Part shown: one piece after another, positions 1-10,309 of the stretch | How positions within the stretch are numbered: the first letter of the stretch is position 1 | How the letters are laid out: every line of letters starts with the position of its first letter | Assembly (NCBI GenBank): GCA_910583695.1 | Contig: CAJTZL010000003.1 | Location: 12,937-76,936 of the forward strand | From: an uncultured Oscillibacter sp. | Lineage (GTDB): Bacteria > Bacillota > Clostridia > Oscillospirales > Oscillospiraceae | Direction: 5' to 3' | DNA length: 64,000 nucleotides | The notes under the pieces: generated by a model | The model's input: only the letters and a program-made list of their open reading frames with translations | What the model was told of the DNA's origin: nothing | Databases searched by the model: none | Translations under genes and position numbers: made by a program

Positions 1-698
1 TTGAGAGCGTCCTCCTCCAGGGATTCGTCCGCCGTTCGGAGGTATCCGGCAGTCCGGCAGATGTGCTCCACCGCCCGGGGATTCAGTTCTTTTAATAACG
101 GCATCACTTGGAGCCGCAGGCGGTTCCGGGCGGCGGCCTCCGGGTCGGCGTTGGTTTCGTCCTCCACATGGGGGACTTCCCACCGGGCGGCATAGGCCTC
201 CAGCTCCGCCCGGGTCACGCTCAGCAGGGGGCGGCAGATCCCGCCCTGCTCCCAGTCCATGCCCGTCAGGCCCGTCAGGCCTGTCCCGCGAATCAGGTTC
301 AGCAGAACGGTTTCCGCGTTGTCATCCGCGTGGTGGGCGGTGTAAAGGCGTTTGCACGCCCCCTCCGCCGCCGTCCGGCGCAAAAAGGCATACCGCAGAT
401 TCCGGGCGGCCTCCTCTATGGAAAGCCCCTCCCGTTTGGCGTATTCCCCCACGTCTTCCCGGCCCACGGTCAGGGGAATCCCCCACCGGGCGCAGATATC
501 CCGGACAAACGCCTCGTCCCGGTCCGCCGCCCCGCCCCGGAGCCGATGGTTGAAGTGGGCGGCAGCAACCTGCCCGCCCCGCTCCTTGCACCATGCGTCC
601 AGCATAAACAGCAAACACATGGAATCCAAGCCCCCGGAGACGGCGCACAAGGCCCGCTGTCCCGCCCGGGGCAGGACCGTCCGGGGAGCCCGCTTCAA
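1..698 (-). CDS. tilS: tRNA(Ile)-lysidine synthase, 3' end outside window
   Basis: Manual minus-strand translation from TTG at 698 gives CAVSGGLDSM (PP-loop), HFNHRLRG, EEAARNLRY, TAHHADDNAET, RPLL and RNRLR. The frame runs off the left edge, so it is absent from the ORF track. Confidence 0.93.
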   Translation of the reverse strand, partial: MKRAPRTVLPRAGQRALCAVSGGLDSMCLLFMLDAWCKERGGQVAAAHFNHRLRGGAADRDEAFVRDICARWGIPLTVGREDVGEYAKREGLSIEEAARNLRYAFLRRTAAEGACKRLYTAHHADDNAETVLLNLIRGTGLTGLTGMDWEQGGICRPLLSVTRAELEAYAARWEVPHVEDETNADPEAAARNRLRLQVMPLLKELNPRAVEHICRTAGYLRTADESLEEDAL

Positions 699-702
699 AG
701 GC

Positions 703-2049
703 TCAGTCCTCGTCGTCATACCGCTTGTCCAGGGTGGAGAACTGGGTGTACTCCGGCATCCAGCGGAGCTCCACCTTGCCGGTCTCCCCGTGGCGGTTCT
801 TCGCCACGATACACTCCGCAATATTGTGCTTTTCCGAATCCTCGTTGTAATAGTCGTCCCGGTACAAAAACAGCACGATGTCCGCGTCCTGCTCGATGGC
901 GCCGGATTCCCGGAGGTCCGAGAGCATGGGCCGCTTATCGTCCCGCTTCTCGTTGGCGCGGGAGAGCTGGCTCAGGCAGATGACCGGCACATTCAGCTCC
1001 TTGGCCATGATCTTCAGCATCCGGGACATGTCGGACACCACCTGCTGGCGGTTCTCGCCCCCCCGGCTGCCGCCCCCGGCGGAGGTCATCAGCTGGAGGT
1101 AGTCCACCACCACCAGGCTGAGGCCGTCCAGGCGGCGGCACTTGGCGTTCATGTCCGCCACAGACAAAAGGGGGTTGTCGTCGATGCGGATGTCCAGCCG
1201 GTTCAGCACCGTGGCCGCCCCGGCGATCTTCTCCCAGTCCGTCTCCCGAAGGAGGCCCGTGCGCAGGCGGTTGTTCTCCACCAGGGCCTCGGAGCTGAGG
1301 AGCCGGGTGGCCAGCTGCTCCCGGGACATTTCCAGGGAGAAGACCGCCACGGTCCTTCCCTCCCGGGCCACGTTCAGCGCCACGTTCAGCGCCAGGGAGG
1401 TTTTGCCCATGCCGGGCCGGGCCGCCAGGAGGATGAGGTCCGACTTGTTCAGACCCGTGATCTTCTGGTCAATGGCGGAGAGGCCCGTGGAGAGGCCGGG
1501 GAGGTGGTTCTCATGCTCGCTCATCTCGCTGAGACGGTCCAGCACGTCGGGGAGCACCTGCCGCAGGGGCACCATCTCCTGGGCGCTCTGGCCCCGGCGG
1601 ATGGCGTAAATCTTCTGCTCCGAGGCCTCCAGAATCTCCCCGGCCTCTCCCATGCCCTCCTGGACCAGGGCGGTGATCTCCCCCGCCGCCTGGGCAACCG
1701 CCCGGAGCAGGGCCTTGTCCCGGACAATGGCGGCATATTCCAGCACGTTGGCGCTGGTGGGGGTGATCTCCATCAGCTGGGCCAGGTACGACCGGGTGTT
1801 GTCGTCGGTGAGCCCGGCCTTTTCCATCTCCCCAAAGACGGTGATGCCGTCGATGGGCCGGGCGTAGGAGAACATGGTGTAGATGGTCTCGAAAATCTCC
1901 CGATTCTGCCGGAGGTAGAAGTCTCCGGGGCGGAGCCGGTCCATCACGTTCTTCACGCAGTCCGGGTCAATGAGCATGGACCCCAGTACCGCCTGCTCTC
2001 CCTCCAGGCTGTGGGGCATCTGGCGCAGGAGCAGGTCTTCGTTTGCCAT
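703..2049 (-). CDS. dnaB: replicative DNA helicase
   Basis: N-terminal PHSLEGEQAVLG, Walker A ARPGMGKT, VDYLQLM, SQLSR, SDLRESGAIEQDAD, AKNRHG; follows rplI. Confidence 0.97.
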   Translation of the reverse strand: MANEDLLLRQMPHSLEGEQAVLGSMLIDPDCVKNVMDRLRPGDFYLRQNREIFETIYTMFSYARPIDGITVFGEMEKAGLTDDNTRSYLAQLMEITPTSANVLEYAAIVRDKALLRAVAQAAGEITALVQEGMGEAGEILEASEQKIYAIRRGQSAQEMVPLRQVLPDVLDRLSEMSEHENHLPGLSTGLSAIDQKITGLNKSDLILLAARPGMGKTSLALNVALNVAREGRTVAVFSLEMSREQLATRLLSSEALVENNRLRTGLLRETDWEKIAGAATVLNRLDIRIDDNPLLSVADMNAKCRRLDGLSLVVVDYLQLMTSAGGGSRGGENRQQVVSDMSRMLKIMAKELNVPVICLSQLSRANEKRDDKRPMLSDLRESGAIEQDADIVLFLYRDDYYNEDSEKHNIAECIVAKNRHGETGKVELRWMPEYTQFSTLDKRYDDED

Positions 2050-2086
2050 GGCGAACCGCCTCCCTCAGGGCCGCCCGGAGCGGGCG

Positions 2087-2536
2087 TTATTTTTCCTCAA
2101 ACACGGATACGTAAACGGTGGCCGTCACCTCAAAGCCCAGCCGGGCCTTGACCTCGTAATTTCCGAAGGCCTTAATGGGCTCCTCCAGCACCAGCTTCTG
2201 CTTGGGGATGTCGATGCCGAACTGCTTCTGGAGCCCCTCGGAGATTTCCTTGGTGGTGACGGCGCCGAAGAGCTTGCCGCCCGCTCCCGCCCGGGCGGTG
2301 AGCTTCACCATGCACTCCTTGAGCTTCTCGGCGGTCTCCTCCGCCAGGGCCTTCTGGCGGGCCTCTTCGGCCTTTTTCGCCTTCTCTTTCAGGTTCATGG
2401 TGTTGATGGCGTCCGCCGTGGCGGGGACCGCGATTTTCCGGGGCAGGAGGAAGTTCCGGGCGTAGCCCTCGGAGACCTCCACCATCTGGCCCTTTTTGCC
2501 CTGGCCCTTGACATCCTGCTGTAAAATGACTTTCAT
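2087..2536 (-). CDS. rplI: 50S ribosomal protein L9
   Basis: MKVILQQDVKGQGKKG, GYARNFLLP, GKLFGAVT; 149 aa. Confidence 0.98.
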   Translation of the reverse strand: MKVILQQDVKGQGKKGQMVEVSEGYARNFLLPRKIAVPATADAINTMNLKEKAKKAEEARQKALAEETAEKLKECMVKLTARAGAGGKLFGAVTTKEISEGLQKQFGIDIPKQKLVLEEPIKAFGNYEVKARLGFEVTATVYVSVFEEK

Positions 2537-2784
2537 TGGTTATTCTCCTTATTTTCTGAATCATTGGAATGTTCTGGGTTTTCCATTGCCTGAATCCGTT
2601 TCTCCAAAGCGTCTATCCGCTCCTCCTGCGCCAGCCACACCGTTATGACGGCCGCCAGCACAAATGCGATGGCCGCAAAAGCGCGAAAGGGGTGATCCTG
2701 GAAATCAAACAGCATGTATCCGCCGAAAAACAGAAACACCTCCGAAACCACCAGACACACCGCATAGGTCTTTAAAAACTTCAA
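2533..2784 (-). CDS. small two-TM membrane protein (paralog of 2825-3019)
   Basis: TTG start at 2784 after AAGGGG; two hydrophobic segments; stop overlaps rplI ATG. Confidence 0.7.
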   Translation of the reverse strand: MKFLKTYAVCLVVSEVFLFFGGYMLFDFQDHPFRAFAAIAFVLAAVITVWLAQEERIDALEKRIQAMENPEHSNDSENKENNQ

Positions 2785-2824
2785 TATGCTGACCCCCTTA
2801 TTTCCCAAAGCGGGCGTCCATGAC

Positions 2825-3019
2825 TTAGAGCCGCCGCTCCCGCCATACCACCCAGGCCGCGGCGGGAATCACCGGCAGAAGCGCCGCCAAGGTCCAGGGA
2901 AGGAAGGGATGCCCATCAAACACCAGCAGCAGCTTACCGGCCGGCGAGCCCATGCACAAAACCGCAGACAATCCCAGCAAAAGCAGGCACACCGCGTAAG
3001 TCTTCAGGAACCGTTTCAT
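2825..3019 (-). CDS. small two-TM membrane protein
   Basis: Strong RBS AGGAGGAGG; shares FLKTYAVCL and HPF with the next gene. Confidence 0.7.
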   Translation of the reverse strand: MKRFLKTYAVCLLLLGLSAVLCMGSPAGKLLLVFDGHPFLPWTLAALLPVIPAAAWVVWRERRL

Positions 3020-3030
3020 AACCCTCCTCC

Positions 3031-5025
3031 TTATTTCTCAAAATAGGCGTCGATGGCTTGAGTCAGCCGCTCCCGCACGTCCAGAATATCCCCGTTCTCA
3101 ATCCGCCCTCCGGCTGTGGCGGAGTTGCCGCCGCCGCCCAGGGCCTCCAGAATCACCTGGACATTGATCTCCCCCAGGGACCGCCCGCTCATTAGAATGG
3201 CCGTTCCGCTGCGGTACACCACAAAGGAGGCCTTGACCCCCTTCAAGGTCAAAAGCTCATCCGCCGCCTGGGCGGCGGCCACCCGGTCCACGCCGTCCTG
3301 GCCCACCACGGCCAGGGCCACGTCGGGCCGGTACAGCTCCGCCTGACGAATCACATCGTACTTGGACACCATGCCCTCCAGATCCCCCTGGAAGAGCCGC
3401 TGGACGTCCGCCGTGTCGGCTCCCGCCCGGCGGAGGAAGGCCGCCGCCTCAAAGGTCCGGCCCCCGGTGCGGAGGGTGAAGTGCTTCGTATCCAGCACGA
3501 TGCCGGCCAGCAGGGCCTCCGCCTCCTCCCGCAGGAGGTTGGACGGCTCAATGAGGTATTGCAGCAACTCCGTCACCAGCTCCGACGCGGAGGAGGCGTA
3601 AGGCTCGTGGAAGCTGAAGGCGGCGTTTTCGATATAGCTGGCGGCCCGGCGGTGGTGGTCGATGACGGCCACCCGGCTGCTGGACTCCAGAATCTGGGGG
3701 CTCTCCACCAGATCTGGCCGGTTGGTGTCCACCACCACCAGCAGCGTCCCCGGGCGCATCTTCACAAAGGCCTCCGACGGATTCACGAACACGTCCTCAT
3801 ACTCCGGCAGTGCCCGGAGCATCGCCAGCACGGACTGGGCGGCATTCTTCTCCGGCTCAATGACGATCTGGGCTCTCCGGCCCAGCTTCCGGGCGGCGCA
3901 GCACACGCCCACGGCGGCGCCCACCGCGTCCATATCGGCGAAGCTGTGGCCCATGACGTAGATATCCGGGGAATCCGCCAAAAGCTCTCCCAGGGCGTTG
4001 GCCATGACCCGGGACTTGACCTTGGTGCGCTTCTCCGTGGTCTTGGCCCTTCCGCCGTAGAAGGCGAAGTCCGTTTTTCCCCGGACCACCGCCTGATCAC
4101 CGCCCCGGCTCAGGGCCATCTCCAGGGAGAGGGCGGCGTTTTTGTACAGGGCAGGGATACCGTCCGCCTCCCGGCCCAGGCCAATGGACAGCGTGGGATG
4201 GCTGCCCTCCCCCACCTTGATCTCCCGCATGGCGTCCAGGACGGAGAATTTCTCCTCTACAAAGTGGCTGTAGTACCGCTCCTCGAAGAGGAAGAGGTAA
4301 TGGTCCCGCTCCGTCTTGATGAGCAGGCCGTTTCCCACGGCGGCCCAGCTGCCGAGCTTTTCGTCGATCTGGGCCAGGACGGCGCTTCGCTGGGTGTCCG
4401 CACAGGCGTTCATCATGTCCTCGTAGTTGTCTACCATGACGATGCCCACCACCAGCCGGGTGGCGTCGAAGTCCTCCCGGAGGCGGTCCATCTCCGTGGT
4501 GTCCACCCAATAGGTGGTAGCTACCAGATTCTGCTCCCCGCTGCGGCCTTTGGCCCGGACCAGGCTGCCGTAGACCCGGAAACGGCGGTTGTTCATGTGA
4601 ACCCGCTCCGGGCACTCCTGCCGTCCCTCCAGCAGCCATTGGACGGGGAACTCCGGGGCGGCGTCCTCCACCTTCATTTCAAAGAGGTGCTCCCGGACCC
4701 CCGCCAGCTGAAGGAAGTTTTCGTTGCTCCAGATCACCTCCCCGGTGTCGGGGCGGAAAACCATGATGGGCAGGGGGGAGTTGATGAGGGTGGATTTGCT
4801 GGCGGTGTCCACATTTCCCGTCACATTGTCGATATACTGCAGGACGCTTTGGCGACGCTTTTTGTTGCTGCGGACGAAGTAGGCGTACAGCGTCACGGTG
4901 GCCACGCCCTCCGCCAGGGCCAGGGGCGGGCTCACGGTGACGGCGGCCAGGGTGAAGGCCAGGAGGCAGAAGAAGTAAAACTGCAAATTGGGCTCCAGCA
5001 GGCGGGAGAGTTTTTTATTGTTCAT
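3031..5025 (-). CDS. gdpP: c-di-AMP phosphodiesterase, DHH/DHHA1 family
   Basis: Two N-terminal TMs, PAS and degenerate GGDEF (RGGDQAVV), DMDAVG, IDHHRR, GGGG in DHHA1; canonical gdpP-rplI-dnaB context. Confidence 0.93.
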   Translation of the reverse strand: MNNKKLSRLLEPNLQFYFFCLLAFTLAAVTVSPPLALAEGVATVTLYAYFVRSNKKRRQSVLQYIDNVTGNVDTASKSTLINSPLPIMVFRPDTGEVIWSNENFLQLAGVREHLFEMKVEDAAPEFPVQWLLEGRQECPERVHMNNRRFRVYGSLVRAKGRSGEQNLVATTYWVDTTEMDRLREDFDATRLVVGIVMVDNYEDMMNACADTQRSAVLAQIDEKLGSWAAVGNGLLIKTERDHYLFLFEERYYSHFVEEKFSVLDAMREIKVGEGSHPTLSIGLGREADGIPALYKNAALSLEMALSRGGDQAVVRGKTDFAFYGGRAKTTEKRTKVKSRVMANALGELLADSPDIYVMGHSFADMDAVGAAVGVCCAARKLGRRAQIVIEPEKNAAQSVLAMLRALPEYEDVFVNPSEAFVKMRPGTLLVVVDTNRPDLVESPQILESSSRVAVIDHHRRAASYIENAAFSFHEPYASSASELVTELLQYLIEPSNLLREEAEALLAGIVLDTKHFTLRTGGRTFEAAAFLRRAGADTADVQRLFQGDLEGMVSKYDVIRQAELYRPDVALAVVGQDGVDRVAAAQAADELLTLKGVKASFVVYRSGTAILMSGRSLGEINVQVILEALGGGGNSATAGGRIENGDILDVRERLTQAIDAYFEK

Positions 5026-5213
5026 GGCGCGCTCCTTGATTCCTTGATGAAGAAGTAAGCATACCGATGGATTTTATTAGTATAGCAGTTTCCAACCGAA
5101 AACACAAGTCTTGGACCCGCGCAATTTTCCCCTTGACATTTTCCCGTTTTTCCTGTAAACTAGGCAACGTTGTAAAGCGCCACGGCTTTACATGGCGGAA
5201 AGGGGGCCTCCTT

Positions 5214-5579
5214 GTGAAGAACCAGACCTATCGCATGACGATGCTCTTCGATTTTTACGGGGAGCTCCTGACCGAGCGGCAGAAGGAGTTTTTCGACCTC
5301 TATTATAATGAGGATCTCTCTCTGGCCGAGATTGCTGAAAACGCCGGGATTTCCCGCCAGGGCGTCCGGGATGTCATCGTCCGGGCGGAGGCCGCCATGC
5401 AGGAGGTGGAAGACAAGACCGGCATCATCAAGCGCTTCCTGGCCCGGAGCGCCCACGTGGACGCCATCGCCGCCGCCGCCGAGGAGATTTCCACCCTGAA
5501 CTACCGCTATTACGAGGACCGGCGTCTGGCGGAGCTGGCGGACCAGATCCGCCGGGAAGCCGCCGCCTTAAAGGAATGA
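5214..5579 (+). CDS. ylxM: YlxM family DNA-binding protein
   Basis: LFDFYGELLTERQ, DLSLAEIAE, SRQGV; directly upstream of ffh; GTG start. Confidence 0.9.
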   Translation: MKNQTYRMTMLFDFYGELLTERQKEFFDLYYNEDLSLAEIAENAGISRQGVRDVIVRAEAAMQEVEDKTGIIKRFLARSAHVDAIAAAAEEISTLNYRYYEDRRLAELADQIRREAAALKE

Positions 5580-5583
5580 GTGT

Positions 5584-6960
5584 ATGGCATTTGAAGGATT
5601 GACCGAAAAACTGAACGCCGCCTTTAAGCGCCTCCGGGGCAAGGGCCGCCTGACGGAAAACGACGTCCGGGAGGCCATGCGGGAGGTCCGCCTGGCCCTT
5701 CTGGAGGCCGACGTCAGCTATAAGGTGGTCAAGGAGTTCGTGGCCTCCGTCACGGAGCGGGCCGTGGGCAGCGACGTGCTGGAGAGCCTCACCCCCGCCC
5801 AGCAGGTGGTAAAAATTGTCAACGAGGAGCTCACCGGCCTCATGGGAGGGGCCAATGCCAAAATCACCATGGCCAACAACGGCCCCACGGTGGTGATGAT
5901 GGTAGGCCTTCAGGGCGCGGGCAAAACCACCACCACCGCCAAGCTGGGAGGCCTCATGCGGAGGCAGTACCAGAAGCGGCCTCTGCTGGCCGCCTGCGAC
6001 GTGTACCGCCCCGCCGCCATCGAGCAGTTGAAGGTGGTGGGCGGCCAGATGGACCTCCCGGTTTTCGAAGAGGGCCAAGGGGACCCGGTGAAGATCGCTC
6101 AAAACGCCATCCGCCACGCCCGGGACCACGGCAGCGACATGGTGTTCCTGGACACCGCCGGACGGCTCCACGTGGACGAGAACCTGATGGACGAGCTCAA
6201 GCGGATGAAAGCCGCCGTCCATCCCAACGAAATCCTGCTGGTGGTGGACGCCATGACCGGCCAGGACGCGGTAAACGCCGCCACGGCCTTTGACGAGGCC
6301 CTGGGCATCGACGGCGTGATTCTCACCAAGCTGGACGGCGACGCCCGGGGCGGCGCGGCCCTGTCCATCCGGGCGGCCACGGGGAAGCCCATCAAGTTCG
6401 CGGGTACCGGCGAGAAGCTGGACATGATTGAGCCCTTCCACCCGGACCGCATGGCCTCCCGCATTTTGGGCATGGGCGATATGCTGTCCTTCATTGAAAA
6501 GGCGGAGCAGGCCTACGACGAAAAGCAGGCCGCCAAGATTGAGGAGAAGCTCCGGAAGAACCGCTTCACCCTCCAGGACTATTACGACCAGCTCCAGCAG
6601 CTGAAAAACATGGGCGACCTGAGCCAGCTCCTGGGCATGATGCCCGGGAACCTGGGCAAGCAGATGCAGGGAGCCTCCATCGACGAGAAGGCTATGGCCC
6701 GGACGGAGGCCATCATTCTCTCCATGACCCCCCTGGAGCGGGAAAACCCCCAGGTGCTGAACGCCAGCCGGAAAAAGCGCATCGCCGCCGGCTGCGGCCT
6801 GGAGGTGGTGGATGTGAACCGCCTTTTGAAGCAGTTCGACATGATGCGGGAGCTCACCCGTCAGATGACCAAGGGCGGGCGGATGCCCGGCCTCGGCGGC
6901 ATGGGGGGAAAGGCCCCCTCCCGGCTTCACGGCTTCGGCCGGAAGAAGCGGTTTCGCTAA
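5584..6960 (+). CDS. ffh: signal recognition particle protein
   Basis: [29 protein letters not shown], Met-rich M domain. Confidence 0.98.
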   Translation: MAFEGLTEKLNAAFKRLRGKGRLTENDVREAMREVRLALLEADVSYKVVKEFVASVTERAVGSDVLESLTPAQQVVKIVNEELTGLMGGANAKITMANNGPTVVMMVGLQGAGKTTTTAKLGGLMRRQYQKRPLLAACDVYRPAAIEQLKVVGGQMDLPVFEEGQGDPVKIAQNAIRHARDHGSDMVFLDTAGRLHVDENLMDELKRMKAAVHPNEILLVVDAMTGQDAVNAATAFDEALGIDGVILTKLDGDARGGAALSIRAATGKPIKFAGTGEKLDMIEPFHPDRMASRILGMGDMLSFIEKAEQAYDEKQAAKIEEKLRKNRFTLQDYYDQLQQLKNMGDLSQLLGMMPGNLGKQMQGASIDEKAMARTEAIILSMTPLERENPQVLNASRKKRIAAGCGLEVVDVNRLLKQFDMMRELTRQMTKGGRMPGLGGMGGKAPSRLHGFGRKKRFR

Positions 6961-7046
6961 GCTATAAGTGCGGAGCATTTCCAAGAACAGAATGCAGCAT
7001 TTATAATAAAATCAATTTATTTAAAAACTTTTGGAGGTACAACAGC

Positions 7047-7286
7047 ATGGTCAAGATCAGACTGCGCCGCATGGGCGCGAAGAAGGCTCCCTTCTACCGG
7101 GTTGTGGTGGCGGATTCCCGTTTCCCCCGGGACGGCCGCTTCATTGAGGAGATCGGTACGTACAATCCCTGCGTTTCCCCCGCCGCCATCAAAATTGACG
7201 CGGAGCGGGCCCAGGCGTGGATCAAGTCCGGCGCTCAGCCCACCGACACCGTCCGGGCTCTGCTGAAAAAAGTGGACGTCCTCTGA
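7047..7286 (+). CDS. rpsP: 30S ribosomal protein S16
   Basis: [39 protein letters not shown]. Confidence 0.98.
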   Translation: MVKIRLRRMGAKKAPFYRVVVADSRFPRDGRFIEEIGTYNPCVSPAAIKIDAERAQAWIKSGAQPTDTVRALLKKVDVL

Positions 7287-7301
7287 TCCGGAGGGCGGCG
7301 C

Positions 7302-7535
7302 ATGAAGGACTTGCTGCTCTATATCGCCCGGAACCTGGTGGACGACCCGGAGGCAGTCACGGTCACGGAGACTGCCTCCGGCAATCAGGAGCTGACTTTG
7401 GAGCTGCGCGTCGCCCCCGACGACATGGGTAAGGTCATCGGGCGGCAGGGCCGCATCGCCAAGGAGATCCGTACCATCGTCCGTTCCCTCGCCCAGCGGG
7501 AGGGCGTCAAGGTCTCCGTCGATATTATGGACTAG
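7302..7535 (+). CDS. khpA: KH-domain RNA-binding protein
   Basis: DMGKVIGRQGRIAKEIRT; follows rpsP. Confidence 0.93.
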   Translation: MKDLLLYIARNLVDDPEAVTVTETASGNQELTLELRVAPDDMGKVIGRQGRIAKEIRTIVRSLAQREGVKVSVDIMD

Positions 7536-7696
7536 GCCTTGTTTGAAAAATGGCAAAACGCCGTCTTGGGGCATCTTTTTCCGCCAGGACTGCGATGCCT
7601 GGACTTGAAATCCGTCGGGATTCCCGCGTCCAATCGCCTTGCCGGGCAAAAAAATCTGCACCGATCCCGCATTCCGCCAATTTTCAAATAAGGCCT
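7534..7696. repeat. about 160 bp palindromic MITE-like element
   Basis: Terminal inverted repeats AGGCCTTGTTTGAAAAATGGC (7534-7554) and GCCAATTTTCAAATAAGGCCT (7676-7696), 2 mismatches; interior also partly self-complementary. Confidence 0.6.
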
Positions 7697-7807
7697 GGCC
7701 CCTTTTTCCTGAACGAAAAAGAATCCCGGAACCCTTCGCTTGCCCGGCCTCTCCGGCGCTCATCCGGGCCGGAGGGGACGGCGGTGGAGCGTTGCATCGA
7801 AGACGAA

Positions 7808-7840
7808 AAGGACCGGCGTGGTTTCTCCACGCCGGTCCTT
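7808..7840. terminator. hairpin terminator between convergent units
   Basis: AAGGACCGGCGTGG-loop-CCACGCCGGTCCTT. Confidence 0.75.
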
Positions 7841-7850
7841 CCATATTCTT

Positions 7851-9056
7851 TTATGCCAGGATATCCGCCGCCAGAGCGTCCGCCAGGGCTTCCAGCCCCT
7901 GCCGCTGGGTCTCCTTCACGGAGGATTTCAGGCTGACGGTTCCCTCCAGCACAGTCATGTTCTTCATGGTCCCCAGAAGCTCCGCCATCTGCTTCCCGGC
8001 CGCCGGAGCCCAGGTGCCGTTTTCCACGAGGCCCACCGTCCGGTTTCGCAGGCCGTGGGACTTCAGGTCCCGGATAAGATTGTCCATGGGCGTATAGATT
8101 TCCCCGTTGTAGGTGACGGAGGCGAAGACCAGATGGCTGCACCGGAAAGCCTCGGCCACCAGCTCGGAGACGTGGGTATGGGACACGTCGTAGAGCCGCA
8201 CGTCCCGCACGCCCTTGTCCGCCAGCCGGGCGGCCAGAATTTCGGCGGCATTCTCCGTGTTGCCGTAGATGGAGCCGCAGAAGATGGCGGCGGTTTTGTG
8301 CTCGGGGGTGTAGCTGCTCCAGCGCTGATACTTCTCCACAAACCACTCGGCGTTCTGCCGCCAGATGGGGCCGTGGAGGGGACAAAGGTATTGCAGCTCC
8401 AGCCCCGCCGCCTTTTTCAAAAGGGTCTGGACCTGGGGGCCGTACTTGCCCACAATGTTGGTGTAGTACCGTCGGGCGTCGGGAAGCCACTCGGCCTCAA
8501 AATTCACCTCGTCGGCAAAGATGTTTCCGTTCAGCGCGCCGAAGGTGCCGAAGGCGTCGGCGGAGAAGAGCACCTTTTCCGTGGTATCATACGTCACCAT
8601 GACCTCCGGCCAGTGGACCATGGGGGCCAGGGCGAAGGTGAAGACATGCCGTCCGGTGGAAAGGGTGTCCCCCTCCTTCACAATGAGGCAGCGGTCCGTA
8701 ACATTGGCGTCGAAGAACTGGCCGATCATGGAGATGGCCTTGGCGCTGGCCACCACCTGGGCCTTGGGGTGGGTGCGGAGCACCGCTCCCAGGGTGGAGC
8801 AGTGGTCCGGCTCCATGTGGTTCACCACCACATAGTCCAGGGGGCGGCCCTGGAGGGTGTGCTCCAGGTTCTCATAGAAATGCGCACCCACGGCGGAATC
8901 CGCCGTGTCCAGCAGGACGGTCTTCTCGTCCAGCACTAAGTAAGCGTTGTAGCTGACGCCCCTGGGAACGGGGAATACATTCTCAAACAGGCTCAGCCGC
9001 CGGTCGGACCCGCCGATGAGTAGAATGTCCGGCAGGATATTTCGTACACAGTACAT
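7851..9056 (-). CDS. fprA: FprA-type flavodiiron protein
   Basis: GVSYNAYL, NHMEPDH, MVHWPE, SADAFG, PLHG, flavodoxin GSIYGNT. Confidence 0.92.
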   Translation of the reverse strand: MYCVRNILPDILLIGGSDRRLSLFENVFPVPRGVSYNAYLVLDEKTVLLDTADSAVGAHFYENLEHTLQGRPLDYVVVNHMEPDHCSTLGAVLRTHPKAQVVASAKAISMIGQFFDANVTDRCLIVKEGDTLSTGRHVFTFALAPMVHWPEVMVTYDTTEKVLFSADAFGTFGALNGNIFADEVNFEAEWLPDARRYYTNIVGKYGPQVQTLLKKAAGLELQYLCPLHGPIWRQNAEWFVEKYQRWSSYTPEHKTAAIFCGSIYGNTENAAEILAARLADKGVRDVRLYDVSHTHVSELVAEAFRCSHLVFASVTYNGEIYTPMDNLIRDLKSHGLRNRTVGLVENGTWAPAAGKQMAELLGTMKNMTVLEGTVSLKSSVKETQRQGLEALADALAADILA

Positions 9057-9141
9057 GTTGCGTTCTCCTTTGGTTGTAATGGTTTCACAAGGTTAATCTA
9101 CCTTAAATTCCCCGGTTTGTCAAGGGCTTGGCAGACATAAG

Positions 9142-9168
9142 AAGGACGCGCCGGAAGGGCGCGTCCTT
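9142..9168 (-). terminator. hairpin terminator
   Basis: AAGGACGCGCC-loop-GGCGCGTCCTT just past the lipoprotein stop. Confidence 0.7.
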
Positions 9169-9173
9169 GTGCA

Positions 9174-9773
9174 TCATCCCAAAAACCGCGTGGGGTCCCG
9201 CAGAGCCTCCGCCGTCTCCGCCGGAACGCTGATGGTAAAGGTCAGGAAATCCCCCAGGTCCACGTTCAGCAGCGAGGGCAGGTCCTCCAGAATCACCAGA
9301 GTCACCACGTCCTCCCCGGCTGAGACGGTGAAGCGGACCAGCTCCTCGTATTTCCGGTCCTCTTCTTTCTGGCCCGCTTTCAGGGTCTCCTGCTGGCAGT
9401 AGACGTAGCTGTACGCCGGGTCGCCGGGGTCCTCCGTCAGCCGGTCTCCCTGATGGCCGTCGTCGCTGAGGAGATCGTCTATGGCCTTGACCTGTTCCGG
9501 GGCCGTAACCGTCCCAACCTCTTCGTCCTCCGCGTCCAGGATTCTCCAGTAATGGTCCTTTTCCACGCCGTTCTCGTCCCGGCTGCTCCAGGACTTCACG
9601 GCTTCGTCAACGGCGTCCTCCCAGTCCTGCGCCCAATCCTCGGCGGCCTCCTCCATGGAGTCCGCCCAGTCCTCCTGAAACTCCTCGTCGCTGAGAGAGG
9701 TAATCCTGCAGCCGGACAGCAGGGATATGGACAGGGCCAGAAGGCAGAATATCGCGAGTTGCTTTTTCATCAT
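9174..9773 (-). CDS. acidic lipoprotein, unknown function
   Basis: Signal peptide with lipobox LSGC. Confidence 0.75.
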   Translation of the reverse strand: MMKKQLAIFCLLALSISLLSGCRITSLSDEEFQEDWADSMEEAAEDWAQDWEDAVDEAVKSWSSRDENGVEKDHYWRILDAEDEEVGTVTAPEQVKAIDDLLSDDGHQGDRLTEDPGDPAYSYVYCQQETLKAGQKEEDRKYEELVRFTVSAGEDVVTLVILEDLPSLLNVDLGDFLTFTISVPAETAEALRDPTRFLG

Positions 9774-9785
9774 GTACTCCTTTGA

Positions 9786-10271
9786 TCAAATCAGCAAGTT
9801 AAATAACCCCAGGGTAACGGCGGTGGTGATGGCCGCCGCGATGACCAGCCCCAGGAAAATCGCCGGCAGGGCGTGGCGCATCCGGATATCCAGCACCGAG
9901 GCCACCAGTGCCCCGGTCCAGGCCCCGGTCCCCGGCAGGGGGATGCCCACCAGGATCACCAGCCCCGCCAGCCGGTACTTCCGCACCAGCCGCCCCTTGA
10001 GGTGGGCCCGGCGCTCCAGCCAGACAATCTTGGGGCCGAAGAAGCGGGTGCCCCGGAGCCAGTCGGCCGCCCGCCGCCCCAGCAGGATGATGAAGGGGGC
10101 GGGGACCAGATTTCCGGCCACGGCGGCAGTACAGGCAAGGGCCGGGGGCAGCCCCGCGGCGATTCCCGCCGGGATGGCCCCCCGAAGCTCGATCACCGGG
10201 GCCATGGCCACCAGGAAGGTCATCAGCAGTTCGTGGGTCATCGTTTCAAACAAGCTCTCTGAGAACAGCAT
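9786..10271 (-). CDS. COG2426 small multidrug-export family membrane protein
   Basis: PVIELRGAIP and IPLPGTGAWTG motifs. Confidence 0.88.
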   Translation of the reverse strand: MLFSESLFETMTHELLMTFLVAMAPVIELRGAIPAGIAAGLPPALACTAAVAGNLVPAPFIILLGRRAADWLRGTRFFGPKIVWLERRAHLKGRLVRKYRLAGLVILVGIPLPGTGAWTGALVASVLDIRMRHALPAIFLGLVIAAAITTAVTLGLFNLLI

Positions 10272-10309
10272 AGGGTTCCTCCATAATGGTTGGCATTATG
10301 GAATCTAGT

